The translations under genes and the position numbers were made by a program. The notes under the pieces are model-generated. The model made no database searches and had not been told where the DNA came from. It was given only the letters and a program-made list of their open reading frames with translations. From Macrostomum lignano (lineage: Eukaryota), in contig NIVC01000422.1 in the NCBI GenBank assembly GCA_002269645.1, positions 1 through 64,000 on the forward strand: a DNA stretch of 64,000 bases. The letters are read 5' to 3'. This document shows positions 12,180 to 23,931 of this stretch, in pieces. Numbering within the stretch: position 1 is the stretch's first letter; each line of letters starts with the position of its first letter.

Positions 12180-12985
12180 ACGCGGGGAATCCCCGAACTT
12201 TGACACAGAGAATCCTTATAAACTCAGATGCAGGGAATCCGTATAAACTCAGATGCCGGGAATCCGTATAAACTCAGATGCAGGGAATCCCTATAAACTT
12301 AGATGCAGGAAATCCCTATAAACTCAGATGCAGGGCAAGCCTTGATACGGGGAATCCCTATGAATTTTAATACGGGGAATCCCTATAAACCGATGCGGGA
12401 ATCCACGTAAGCTTCAATGCGGGGAATCCCTGTAAGCTTTGATGCGGGGAATCCCTGTAAGCTTTGATGCGGGGAATCCCTGTAAGCCTCGATGCGCGGA
12501 ATCCCTAGTAAACTCTGATGCAAAGAATCCATATAAGCCTCAACACGGGGAATCCCTACAGTATGAACTCAGATGCTGGGAATCTCTATGAAGTCTGATG
12601 CTGGGAATCTCTATGAAGTCTGATGCTGGGAATCTCTATGAAGTCTGATGCTGGGAATCTCTATGAAGTCTGATGCTGGGAATCCCTGTAAGCCTTGATA
12701 CGGGGAGTCCCTATGAATTCTGATGCGGGGAGTCCCTATGAATTCTGATGCGGCGAATTCCTACAAACTTCGATTAGGGGAATCCCTGTAACCCTCGATG
12801 TGGGGAATCCCTGTAAGCCTCGACGCGGGGAATCCCTGTAAGCCTGGATGCGGGGAATCCCTGTAAGCCTCGATACGGGGAATCCCTGTAAGCCTCAATA
12901 CGGGGAATCCCTGTAAGCCTCAATATGGGGAATCCCTGTAAGCTTCGATACGGGGAATCCCTGTAAGCCTCGATGCGGGGAATCA
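12180..12985. repeat. Minisatellite, 25-bp unit GATGCGGGGAATCCCTGTAAGCCTC
   Basis: About 30 visible copies with variants; ORFs 12774 and 12895 are its translations. Confidence 0.95.
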
Positions 12986-13171
12986 CCAATGAAGGGGATT
13001 CTGTTCCAGTGTGCTAATTCAACAGAAGCTGAAACATATTTATGTAGCTTTGACGCGTAAAAAAATTCGTAACATAACAGAAACCATTCCACGAAAACTT
13101 AAAACTTAAAACTTCACTTGCGTAACCGAAATAACTTCAATTCACTTCTCAAAAACAAGAATCGTCCAAAT

Positions 13172-14870
13172 TCAATGCCGACGAAGCCGAAAGCAGGGCG
13201 GTTCAGGCGATCTCTCGCGCAGATGCTCATAGAGCCCCATTGTGTTCTCAGCAATCAGTGGGGCAAGCAATTCGGCGTAATTGGTGCCTCCGGATTCGCC
13301 AGCGTTGCCATGACTACTACTATGCTGCTTTTTGTTGCGCTTGCGCTGTTTCTGCTTCTTTTTCTTATTTCGCTGAGAATCCCCGGCTCCGTGTTGCTGA
13401 GCCTGATTTTCCCATTTCTGCTTCTTCTCGAATTCGTATCTGGCGAATACTACTCGGTGATTCAATTGATGAATAGCTGTCGATAGTTCTTCTCCCTTTT
13501 TGTCAGCTTTAGCTAGTCTAGCGCTAAGCTCGGCGTTGTACTGCTGCTCTCGGGCCATCTGGATCTTCAGGTCTTCCAGCTGCTGCTTGGCTTCGTCTTT
13601 CACTTTTTCGGCGACTTCAAGACGCTGACGAACGCGTTCGCCTTGCCCTTTCAATTGGGCTTCTTCGATCTCTTTATTGCCCAAATAGATTTTTAGTTCA
13701 CTGATTGAGTGAATCATTTCCGCTGTCTTGGCGCGAGTCTGCTCAATTTGACGCTGTTTTGCCTCGTGAGTTGCTTTGGCCGTCTTCAGAGCCTGCACCA
13801 GTTGAGACTGGGTCTCCAGAGAGAGAAGGCGATGCAGTGAAATTTGGAACAAATTTGATGAATGATCGAAGTGCGGCTAAGGTGTCAAAACGATTGTTTA
13901 AAATACAAAATTGGGGTCTACATGTAAGGAGCTGAAAGGAGTCTGTCATGAATATAGCCCAGGTGCCAAAGCAGAAGTCATGAAGAAATAAAGGGCCTAT
14001 GTAACCTATGTACACAAATGATACGTCATTTCTGGTCACAGTGACACCAACAAGCTGGGTTTGACAAAAAGCGACAAAAATAGGACTTATAAACAATTTA
14101 AGGACTATTATGTCAACTTAAGCTCATAAAGTAGAGTCCCTAATTATCCCCTTGCTTGTTCTCCCCTATCCCAAGTCCAAGTTTCGTAGCTTTTTTGCCA
14201 AACTCAGCTACCTGGTGTCATTTTGACCAGAATGACGTATCATTTGTATACATAGGTTACTCGGGATACACTTTATGAGTTTAGGTTGAAAGTCCCTTTA
14301 GCTATTTTTATCCTATAGAATGAGTACCAGAGGCGTCAACAATACAAAATTTCTACATACATATACATGTACAACACATAATAAGTCAATACTTACCTGG
14401 TTCTGCCAAACGTTCACGGACTGTCTTAGCCAACTGACCATCTCTTTTGGCTGCACACCAACCAGAGCTAGCTCCTCACCTCGCATGTTCAAACGGGAGC
14501 TAAAAAGATACTCTTCGCTGTCCACCTCGATAGGAATACAGCACAGAGCGCACTGGTAACCAGTAGGTGAACGCGAAGTTCGACCTGCAGCCCATGGAGA
14601 ATGTGGACTGCAGAACACGTGACCACATGGCAGGACCCAGCCTTCATCGTGGATGATGTAATTACAATTTAGCATGTTGCATTGCAGTTTCTTGTGCAAC
14701 TCTAGAGACCAAAGATTCTTAGATGTGATGCCATTTGGCTCGCAATCAGGTATATACTCTTCAGAATCATTGGGCTTAAATTGGTTGGCAGGGACCAAGC
14801 TAGTTGCAGCTTCAAATTCGGATTTACTTTGGGATTCAGATGGAGGCTCCATCTGGGACACTGCATCCAT
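13172..14870 (-). CDS. CCNB1IP1: HEI10/CCNB1IP1-like (Zip3 family) RING plus coiled-coil protein; exons 14870-14397 and ~13876 (or 13815)-13172
   Basis: LQCNMLNC...GWVLPCGHVFCSPH...QCALC...LALVGVQPKEMVSWLRQSVNVWQNQ parallels HEI10 LLCNYRKC...AWVTACSHIFCDQH...CPAC...VLAGLRPEIVLDISSRALAFWTYQ. Donor CAG|GTAAGT at 14397/14396; phase-0 acceptors lead into the coiled-coil ORF 13172..13852. The exact acceptor is uncertain. Confidence 0.75.
14001..14260. mobile_element. MITE-like element with ~70-bp terminal inverted repeats, in the HEI10-like intron
   Basis: GTAACCTATGTACACAAATGATACGTCATT... at 14001 is the reverse complement of ...AATGACGTATCATTTGTATACATAGGTTAC ending at 14260. Confidence 0.7.
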
Positions 14871-14970
14871 CTGAAAAAAATTAAAAGGCAAATAGTAAAT
14901 TAGATACAAGCGTAGCATCAACACATTGGACAAAAAAAACTTTAAACTTTTGTTGTAATGTTAATTCTTT

Positions 14971-15015
14971 CTACCGACGCGTTTCGGACCAACAATGGCC
15001 ATCTTCAGGGTCTGG
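14971..15015 (-). ncRNA. Minimal type I hammerhead ribozyme motif in the Penelope 3' repeat
   Basis: Minus strand reads ACC-CTGAAGA-T-GGCCA-TTGT-TGGTC-C-GAAA-CGCG-TC-GGT: CUGANGA core, stem II, GAAA, palindromic ACGCGU stem III, GUC cleavage triplet, 3-bp stem I. Confidence 0.75.
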
Positions 15016-16142
15016 TGTATTTTTAACACTCACAACAACTTTATATAAGTGAACAAATGTTAACTGTACAGTCCAAAGGGCATGTCATGGGCAGAATTTT
15101 CCAAAAATGTTAAGCATAGATTGCAAGTACATTGTTCAGACTTGTGCCTTTACTTAGAATACCTTGAGCAAATGGCCCGCACCACTATGGGAGAGCTGAA
15201 TATTCAGATTAGGTTTTTGGTCTTTAATGTACATGGATTCAAGTATGTTGAGTCTAAAATCAGTTCTACACCGATCAATAATTTTAAACTGCTGAGTTTG
15301 CTCAATTTCGCAACAACTGTTGCAACTGAGCAGGTGGTCTTGGATAGCCGACCTTTTCAACCAATGCTCTCTGACTCTGGTGTACAGGTGCCTTTTAGTT
15401 TTACCTATATAGGTAATGTTCTGGTCAACAGAACAAGAGAATTTATACACAACACCTGCCGCCAGAACAAGAGGAACATGGGATTTCAGTCTACTAACGT
15501 ATTGGCCAACCTTAGCAGTGCGGAAAACAATCTTAATAGGCGTGTTAAAGAATTTACGGGAGCTTTTCTCAATTTTCTTCTTCAACAGGTTAGAGCAGTT
15601 GCCATAGAAAGGCAAGACCATGGTCGGGCAAGTTTTTAACACATCCTTATCAGAAGCAAAACTCGGTTTGTTCGTCATTTTATTAGAGATGAATCTATTG
15701 ATTTCACTGCAAATGACATTCTTGGGAAATTGATTCATTCTCAGAATTTTGGTGAGATTGTTAACTTCAATGTTGAAATTGGTCCAAGAGCTGCAAACCG
15801 TGTAGGCCCTGTGCAACAAACAACGAATCAGGCCAACTTTCCACTGTCTGGGACACACAGCTCCAAAATTAAGCATCAAGTTCGTGAAAGTGGGCTTGCG
15901 GTAAACTTTAGTGGAAACCGAATTACTGTGGATGTCAACGTCAACATCAAGGAAAGGGAGTTTCTTGTCACCAACTTCAACCGTGAACTGGATGTTTTTG
16001 TGAGTGGAGTTCAGAGCAGCAAGAAACTCTTCATGATTCGATCCCCCTTTGAAAATGGCAAAGGTGTCATCAACGTAGCGCTTGTAGAATCTAGGAGCAC
16101 ATTGCAGGGTCATCCACTCTTTCTCCCAATGAGTCATACAAA

Positions 16143-16753
16143 CCCTATTGGAATAAATGTTGAAAACCCGCGGACGCGCGCTTTAGAATAGAGTCAAATT
16201 ATTTTCCCGCGCTTTAGGATAATTAGAGATGTCCCGAAAGAGCAGTTTCCTCGAAATCAAAATTCGTTAACTTTCCAAACTCAAAATTGAAATTTTCCGA
16301 AATCAAAACGCAGAAAAACAAAGTTTAGTATGACCAATACTCACTTTTTACATTCGATTTACTGCTTATGCAAAATGAAATACACGTAGATGTAGCAGAA
16401 ATTACTGCTTTTTTAGCGATTTTTGACTTTTCGATTTTAGCTTCCAAATTTTGACTTCTAATTTTATTCGAAATTGAAATTTGCTCTTAATAAAAATTCT
16501 AATTTTGGAAAATTCAAATTGAAATTTCGGAACATCTCTAAGCTTTATAAATTATAAGTGTATAGGCCCCTTCCACAGAGGTATTAGATGACCCCTTTCC
16601 ATGCATATGTATTTGCTAGAGCAGCAGCCAGCAAGAAAAGGCAGCGCGCGCACGCCGCGCAGGCGCTGCGCGCCTGTGCGCGCGCCGCGCTTTAGAAAAA
16701 TTTCAAAAGTGCGCCGGACGCCGTCCGCGGATTTACAACTTTTTCCTATAGGG
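16143..16753. mobile_element. 611-bp non-autonomous TIR DNA transposon with 8-bp TSD, interrupting the Penelope RT
   Basis: TSD CATACAAA at 16135-16142 and 16754-16761; imperfect TIRs CCCTATTGGAATAAATGTTGAAAACCCGCGGACG / CGTCCGCGGATTTACAACTTTTTCCTATAGGG; removing it restores PTLANICMTHWEKEW. Confidence 0.92.
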
Positions 16754-17738
16754 CATACAAATGTTGGCAAGAGTGGGCGCAAGGGGGCTACCCATCGCGC
16801 AGCCATCGGTTTGGCGGTAGTACTTATCATTAAAAAGGAACAGACCAGAGGTGGCAAAGTTCATAAGTTTTTTGAAAGTACTTTTTGGGAATTTTGGAGG
16901 GGCATGCTCATAGACATAGTCAGCGGCCAGATCAATAGCAAACTGCAGAGGAACATTCGTGAACAGAGAGGTCACATCAAAGCTACAAATGTAGTCATCG
17001 TTAGTTGGGGTAACCTCTTTCAGATGGTTCATATAGTCAGTGGTCGAGTTGATGGAATGGTCACGTGGGATGGTGGGCTTGATCAGGTGATCGAGAAATT
17101 TGGCTAATTGGTACTCAGCAGTATTAATCATGGAAACAATAGGTCTAAGAGGTTTGTTCGGTTTGTGAATTTTACAGACACCATAAAGTTGACCAGGCTG
17201 ACTGCCATTTGGCATGATGCGTTTGAAAGTTTCGTCTTCAATGTGTTGTTTCACATGGTTGCGCAAAAAACTCTGCAGGGATCTCTCAGCTTTCAGAACA
17301 GGATGCGCAGTGGAAACTTCAGTTATTGCTCCCAGACAGTGGAATTTGGATTGGTCTTGAACAATCTCGTTCATTTTCATGTTGTAATCATTGGTGTCCA
17401 TGATGGCAACGCCATATCCTTTATCATAGCTAACAATTTTTATCTCTTTGTTCTCCCTAAGGCCTTTCATGGTCTTGTGAGTAAGCCTATTTTTCTTGCT
17501 AGCAATAGCGTTGCGGGAAAAAGTCACAAACTGCTCAAAATCAGCAATAATTCTGTTTCTAAATCTTTCATCAAGTTGGTGCGGCCCATTGTCTCCAGCA
17601 TTACTAAGCGAGAGGCACTTACCCACGGTACTCTCGATTTCAGCAGCGACATGTAATTTGTTGAGCTTGGGTGGTAAGACCGGATGCCTGAGTCCTCGTT
17701 GTAGGCAATGGTGCTCTTCCGGAGAGAGTTTATGCTTC

Positions 17739-17853
17739 GATAGATTAGTGACTGGGTTTGGGGCACGACTCTTTGTCTGCTTTTCGAGCCATAGTAGACA
17801 AAGAAGCAGAAGCAGACAAAGAGTCGTGCCCCAAACCCAGTCACTAATCTATC
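17739..17853. repeat. 44-bp inverted repeat (hairpin) at the Penelope inversion junction
   Basis: GATAGATTAGTGACTGGGTTTGGGGCACGACTCTTTGTCTGCTT, ~27-nt spacer, then its reverse complement. Confidence 0.92.
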
Positions 17854-18250
17854 TATATAGGTAAAACTAAAAGGCACCTGTACACCAGAGTCAGAGAGCA
17901 TTGGTTGAAAAGGTCGGCTATCCAAGACCACCTGCTCAGTTGCAACAGTTGTTGCGAAATTGAGCAAACTCAGCAGTTTAAAATTATTGATCGGTGTAGA
18001 ACTGATTTTAGACTCAACATACTTGAATCCATGTACATTAAAGACCAAAAACCTAATCTGAATATTCAGCTCTCCTATAGTGGTGCGGGCCATTTGCTCA
18101 AGGTATTCTAAGTAAAGGCACAAGTCTGAACAATGTACTTGCAATCTATGCTTAACATTTTTGGAAAATTCTGCCCATGACATGCCCTTTGGACTGTACA
18201 GTTAACATTTGTTCACTTATATAAAGTTGTTGTGAGTGTTAAAAATACAC

Positions 18251-18295
18251 CAGACCCTGAAGATGGCCATTGTTGGTCCGAAATGCGTCGGTAGA
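18251..18295 (+). ncRNA. Second hammerhead motif (inverted Penelope copy) with a C>T change in stem III
   Basis: CAGACCCTGAAGATGGCCATTGTTGGTCCGAAATGCGTCGGTAG; ATGCGT replaces the ACGCGT palindrome. Confidence 0.6.
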
Positions 18296-19254
18296 AAGAA
18301 TTAATTGTAATCTATGTTGATTTTAACTTTTGTTTTTCTCTGCCTGCTAAAGCGTGCTACCTTACCTCAATTTTGTTGTAATCTTACCAAATTTAGAGTT
18401 TTAGCATACAAACTAGATGATTAAATTAAAATTAAAATGTTAGCAATAAATAAATAAATAAATAAGATTTATTTTATAAAAGAAGAAACTTTGTAAAGCT
18501 TTTAATTTGGATTTTTACTAATTTAATTTAGATTTTGAATAATAAAAATATCATGAGTCTGTAATAGAATTATTTAATAAAATAAACTTATTCATAGAGG
18601 CCAGATGGGATCCTAATCCCAATCCCAAAATCCCGGGATCCCAAGGAAAATTGTATTTCTATGGGACCAGGATCCCAACCCTAAAAAACATAAGAATCAG
18701 GAACAGGTCTTTTGATCAAAAGTTTATAGAATTAGTGATTACTTAAATGTATTTTGTTTTAACTTGTATTAATTACATGATTACTTTGTTCATTACAAAA
18801 CTTTGCATCAATTTTGTTGTGTTTTACTTTTGATCTCAACATTTTTTGCTTAGTTTTGTTAAACTTTATATGGACCTATAAACTACAATATACTAAAAGA
18901 CCTGATCCAGATTCCCAAATCTCAATCCTGATCCTGATCCCAAGAAAAAAATTATTCCCAATCCCTATCCTGCCCAAAGATTTCAATCCCATCCAACTAG
19001 GGATTCCAAAATCCCAACATTTTATAATCCCGGGATTGAATAGTCCCGAAATCCCAAAGCTGTTGAAATCCCGGGATTCAAAATCCCGGAATCCTGGTGC
19101 TTTGGCAATCCCGGGATTTGATTCCCAAAAAAATCCCGGGATTCAAATCCTGGATTTTTGGTCCCAATCCTGGGATCTCGGGATTGGAATCCTAAGACAG
19201 ACTGTGCGGCGTGCCGCGTGCAGTAGTCATAGTCTCGCGACTCTTAGAGTCTCA

Positions 19255-19514
19255 GGGCCTTTTCATATTACCAATTCCAGAACCAGAATCGGTTCGGAAT
19301 TCCAAGAAAAACAGCAGTATAACTATTAAACTCTGTTAATATTTGACTGCCTTAACAGCCTCACTTTGCACGATTTTTCACTTTCTTTTTGGCGACTGTC
19401 ATTCAATGATAAAAACTTTATAGCACGTATCTCCCTCTAGTTATGGAGACAAAAAGTTATACTTCACAAATTGGTTCTGGTTCTGGAACCAGAACAAGCA
19501 CTATGAAAAGGCCC
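19255..19514. mobile_element. PIF/Harbinger-like MITE (260 bp)
   Basis: TIRs GGGCCTTTTCATA / TATGAAAAGGCCC with 3-bp TSD TCA on both sides; the superfamily is inferred from the GGGCC end and 3-bp TSD. Confidence 0.7.
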
Positions 19515-19549
19515 TCAGTCTCGTCTCGTGGTGGAAAACGAAAAAAGTT

Positions 19550-19929
19550 GGGTCTCCCTAAAACACGCCCCATACCGCCCTGCAGCGCTACACATTAAAA
19601 CAAATTGGACTATAACTGAAGACACTTCAAAATGCGTTTTCTGTTAAGCTTCAAAGTTTTGATTAAATTAAGTTTTTTTACTATGAAATATAAAATTCGG
19701 TGAATAATAAGTGATAATATTAATAATATTAATAAAAAAATAATAATATAATTTAATAATGAAAACAAGAATATAAAAAATAATAACAACATTTATAATA
19801 ATAATTAAAGATATTTATTCCATTACTCGTACAACAAATGGTTTTCTTTGCAATCAAATACTGTATTGACAAAAAATGTTATAATGTGTAGCGGTTCGGG
19901 GCGGTGCAGTGCGTGTTTTAGGGAGACCC
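19550..19929. mobile_element. 380-bp MITE with ~48-bp TIRs and 8-bp TSD
   Basis: TIRs GGGTCTCCCTAAAACACGC / GCGTGTTTTAGGGAGACCC; TSD AAAAAGTT at 19542-19549 and 19930-19937. Confidence 0.85.
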
Positions 19930-22070
19930 AAAAAGTTAAAATTATCTATCATTTGCAGTTCACATTAACAATTTTAGCTCAATTAGGACAGGAGCTTTGC
20001 AAAATGTTTAATGTTTCATTGAGAAACAGCAAAAACAAATAAATGTTTTATTATTCAAATAAACGTTTAGACTTTAAATTATCTAATTTAGGCATTGAAA
20101 GGTTGTTCTAATCCCGGACCAATCCCGGGATTAAGGCCTTGAAATCCAGGGATCCCGATCCTAGACTTTTGCAATCCCGGGATTCGATTCCCAAAAAAAT
20201 CCCGGATTCCTACATCCAACCTAACCCCGGATTCCTACAGGAAAGATCCCTACATCCAACCTCTACTTATCTAGTATTGAATTCAAAAGAAAAAGCGTAA
20301 ATATTTACCTAGATATATCAGTCAATCTACTTTTAGAAATAATATCTAGGAGATTTTATAGCAGCCTAAAATCATTAAGTAATTTGACTATTATAGTAAA
20401 AAAATAAATCTTAAAATCTTAAAATCTTAAAAAAGTCTTTCAATTGTTAGATCAAAAATTAAAAATTGAAGTGGCTGGTAAAAATTCAATTTTGAACTTT
20501 TAAACTATGTTATGTTTACCAAGGATCAATAAAGGAAAAACCAAAGACAATAGTGGTAATGAAGAAATGATTAAAGCTGTACCTTATAATCTTTTAGCAG
20601 CTTCAAAACATTACTATATTGCTACTCTATAGAAACAACTAATTTCTACAATTGTAGCTTTGGTTATAAAAACACACAGACCAATTAAAGCTTACATTAC
20701 AAATCATGTTCGAAAAATGAAAGACTTCTAAATATCTAAAAAATTGAAATTTATGTATTAGAATTAGAAAGAACTAAAGCAAACAAATAATACACGAGCA
20801 GTTTTGAATCTGATTCTTCAGGTTTACTGGCTGTTTGCATACGATTCTTCAAGCTTGCTGTCTGTTCGCATCAATAAAAAGTAATCAAAATATTCGCTTC
20901 CTGTAATTACTTTCTAACTCGATTCTAATCGATCCTTTATAGTTATAAAGGATAACTTGTGTAAATTTTTAATAGAGAATTACTTGACCTTTAAATGAAT
21001 ATTGAAGATATATATGACTTGGTTCCAATATGATACTTCGAGTAAAAGTTCATGCATAAAACTCGTGCAGTCCGTTTAGTACAGTCCAAAAAGCTCATGC
21101 GCAATGCGCGAGCGAAAACTTTTGAATTGGTGCGTCAGCTAATCCCTTCCGTGATAAGATTTATCGTAAAAACTTACAAACCGCGAAAGCTATTAAGTGA
21201 TGAAACCTCATAAAAAGTAATAAAGAAATAACAAAGTCAGGTAAAAGCAAAAATTCTCAAATTTCTTAGAAAATATGACCGCCTTTCCCCAAAGCTGATC
21301 AACGACACAGTCACATGTACGCATAATTAGGTACATTGTTAACCTGCTTAAATAGTTATGATCGAGTTCCACAAAAGCTATAGATAGTGACTAAATTTAG
21401 CAATCCGTGTTTTCCAATTAAAAAATACCCATTTTTATCAAACATATTTTTTCAGCTTGGATGTGTATCAATACAGGACGAGACAACAGGATCTACATTT
21501 AGTACATGCGCGTAGGTGTTATGCGTAAACTGTATATTTTATCGATGGTTTATATTATATCAATATTAATCGATTGAAGTCTACAACAATGAATGCATGT
21601 ACATGTGTGCATGCCATGCATTTTTCGGCATGTAAACTGGCAAAGTCTACTAGCTCTCCCTCAATTCAATTCCGTTAGCCTCAGCTGCAACTGTGCAAGT
21701 AAACCTGCACAGCCATCCGACGTTGCCAACGCCTACCTACTACAGTAATCGACGTTCAGCCGACGTATGACGTCGTTATCCATCGATGTAACGTAAAAGA
21801 ACATATTTGCCATTAAAGTCGACAGATGGCTGCGGGTTGTGCAGATTTCCAGTCCATCCTCGATTTGTCCTTATTAGCGATGAATACAATTTTAATTAAA
21901 AGCGGTGTACAAATGATGAGGACGCACATTTTCCCAAATTCTACGCTAGCACATGGGCTCTATACTTAGCCCACTAACAACAGGCTATGGGTATTTTTTC
22001 TTCTTTTCATGCAATTTTCCTAGAATCCATACTAATTATGTGATTTTGCCATACTAGTAGTTATAATAAC

Positions 22071-22456
22071 ATAGGCGCGGCTTTTGGGTCATAAATCATT
22101 GCTTTCGAGTGGTCTGACAGCCACCTGCGCCTCACTCAATGCTGAGACTGGTGCCAGACGGTCTGAGAGGATGCGGGCGGTAGCTTTTTTCTCATCATTT
22201 TGACAGGCCAGCAAGATTTATGAGGTCAGGGTCTATTGTTCGTGTTCACTCAAGCGTGTGACAGCTTTGACAGCTATGCGTTTTACCCCTAAAAGTACGT
22301 TGGGATTAGCGATTAGCGATTTCTCTTCATTTTCTTCACTTTCTACAATTAATAAGAGCTTTCTAATATATATTTTTTCATTAATTTTTGTCAATCCTAC
22401 GCAAAAGGTCATAAATCATTATGTAGCGATTTTGAGTGATTTATGACCGCACCTGT
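22071..22456. mobile_element. Possible degenerate MITE
   Basis: TAGGCGCGG...GTCATAAATCA at the left vs TGATTTATGACCGCACCTG at the right; extra internal GTCATAAATCA; no clear TSD. Confidence 0.35.
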
Positions 22457-23931
22457 CGTATTTTTATGGCCCCGAGGGAACTGATAGGATCTCTTGGTCA
22501 CGTGAATTTGGTTGGCAACAAGCTCAGCCAATCAGAAAATTCGACGTGCGTTATGACAAATCGGCTCAGCCAATCAGAGAATCAAGGTGTTCCATTATAA
22601 CAAATTGCGGTCCAGTTGGCGGCTATTTAAACCGGCGTTTTTGGCCCGCTCGGACCTCAACTGGATGTAACTCGGCTCCAACTCCTAGGACTTTGGCCTA
22701 ACGGAGCCCGACCGTCGTCTCTTGATCCCCGGATCGCGACTCCCCCCGATCATCATCAAGGACGAATTCCCACGGTCGTCAGCAGCGAACATCAAAGTTG
22801 AGAGCATCACCTGCTAGCTATCTGCGAAGATTGTGACCTCAGCATCAACCCGGGCCTACAGCTGCGAAGCACTAAGCCGATTCGGTCACTGCGGATTTCC
22901 TGGTCTCCGGTTGTTGAGTTTCTGATTGGTTGGGTTCCTTCCTTGGGTTCCTTTGATTCCTTATCTGTCCCCTATTTCAGTAGCTGGATTAGGCGCACAC
23001 TTTTGCTCATTTTGTTCAGCAGTGCTGTTATCGAGGCAGAAATCACTTAATAATATTGCTAGTAGTCTGAAACTCCAATTCAATCTGAGGTGCGAAGTGA
23101 ATCAGTGAGAAGGTTAAATCTAACAGTTATTTTTATCGGTTTTATTTCTTTGTTTGCCGATGGGTCAGATGAGTAGCTAAGCTAGTAGGCGCCAGTCACA
23201 GTGGACCAATGGCAAGGCAGCTCTCAGTCGATCAATCTATCAAATCAGTTATCAAAATTGCCAATAGTGCAAAATCGGCGCTAGAGATGTACTCTGTGCA
23301 CTCTAGGTTCGCCAAGAGGCTCGGATAATGATCAATCATGCGGTCTCTGAAGTTCGAGTTAGCCTATCATCAGCGCTACGAGAGGCTGGTTGGCGCGTTG
23401 AAAGCCAAAAGTACAATTCCTCGTATTTAGCAATGTAATAGTACATGTAGCTACCTCATAGTCTCGCCACTGCAAGAATCCCCTGCACAAGTCCCCTCTG
23501 TACCTGCATGGCCAATGCGATCAAGTCCCAGCAGTGTCCCCTATTATCGGCTATGACTTCGAGATTGACAGCAAAAATACACTAGTTGGCAGGTAAGTGC
23601 AAAGCCCCCTCTAGTCGAAAGCCCGATTTTGAAAGTCCCTGTTTGGTGAGCCAGGGCGCACGGGCTGGTGGCAGCGGGTTAGTTAATCTGCGGATTAGCT
23701 AATCGCTACCTTCAAAATCCTCCATGCTTGTTTCTCGCTGTCCCTCTCTTAGCTATAGGACCTATAGACTGCTCGCCACACGATCAAGCTACCATGGGGC
23801 TGACCATTTGACAGGAGTGGGGGGCCAGGACTCTAATTGATTTATTTCTGAGACCTAGGCCCGCAGGATTCCCCAAAAGGGGGCCGAAAGGCCGAAACCC
23901 AGCATAAAGTAATAATATTTTCTAAGCCACA
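22454..23931 (+). promoter_or_regulatory. LTR-like segment with two CCAAT boxes and a TATA-like box
   Basis: CTCAGCCAATCAG twice (~22523, ~22565), TATTTAAA at 22624, GC-richer than the flanks, TG...CA ends possible but no TSD found. Confidence 0.35.

Larger units (their letters stand above)
14960..18305 (-). mobile_element. Penelope-like retroelement (RT + GIY-YIG endonuclease), 5'-truncated, with an inverted copy of its 3' end at ~17855-18305
   Basis: ORF 16733..17626 (KPLRPIVS, SFDVTSLFTNVP, GCAMGSPLAP) joins ORF 15154..16137 (YKRYVDDTF; GIY-YIG VVYKFSC...YIGKTKRHLYTRVREH...LNILESMYIK). 17855-18305 is the reverse complement of ~14960-15415. Confidence 0.95.
18595..20255. mobile_element. 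Repeat element rich in ATCCCGGGAT motifs (blocks ~18595-19195 and ~20105-20255), split by MITEs
   Basis: Many ATCCCGGGA/GGGATCCC motifs in both orientations; boundaries imprecise. Confidence 0.5.

Noticed and set aside
15082-17656. Plus-strand ORFs 15082, 15730, 16601 and 17108
   Set aside because: Antisense shadows of the Penelope ORF or of the inserted TIR element.
23666-23680. TGGTGGCAGCGG as a tRNA-Leu primer-binding site
   Set aside because: Not adjacent to a CA LTR end, and no gag/pol follows.
23870-23900. GGCCGAAAGGCCGAAAC, identical to a classic hammerhead stem II plus GAAAC
   Set aside because: The required CUGANGA is absent upstream; kept only as a structured end.
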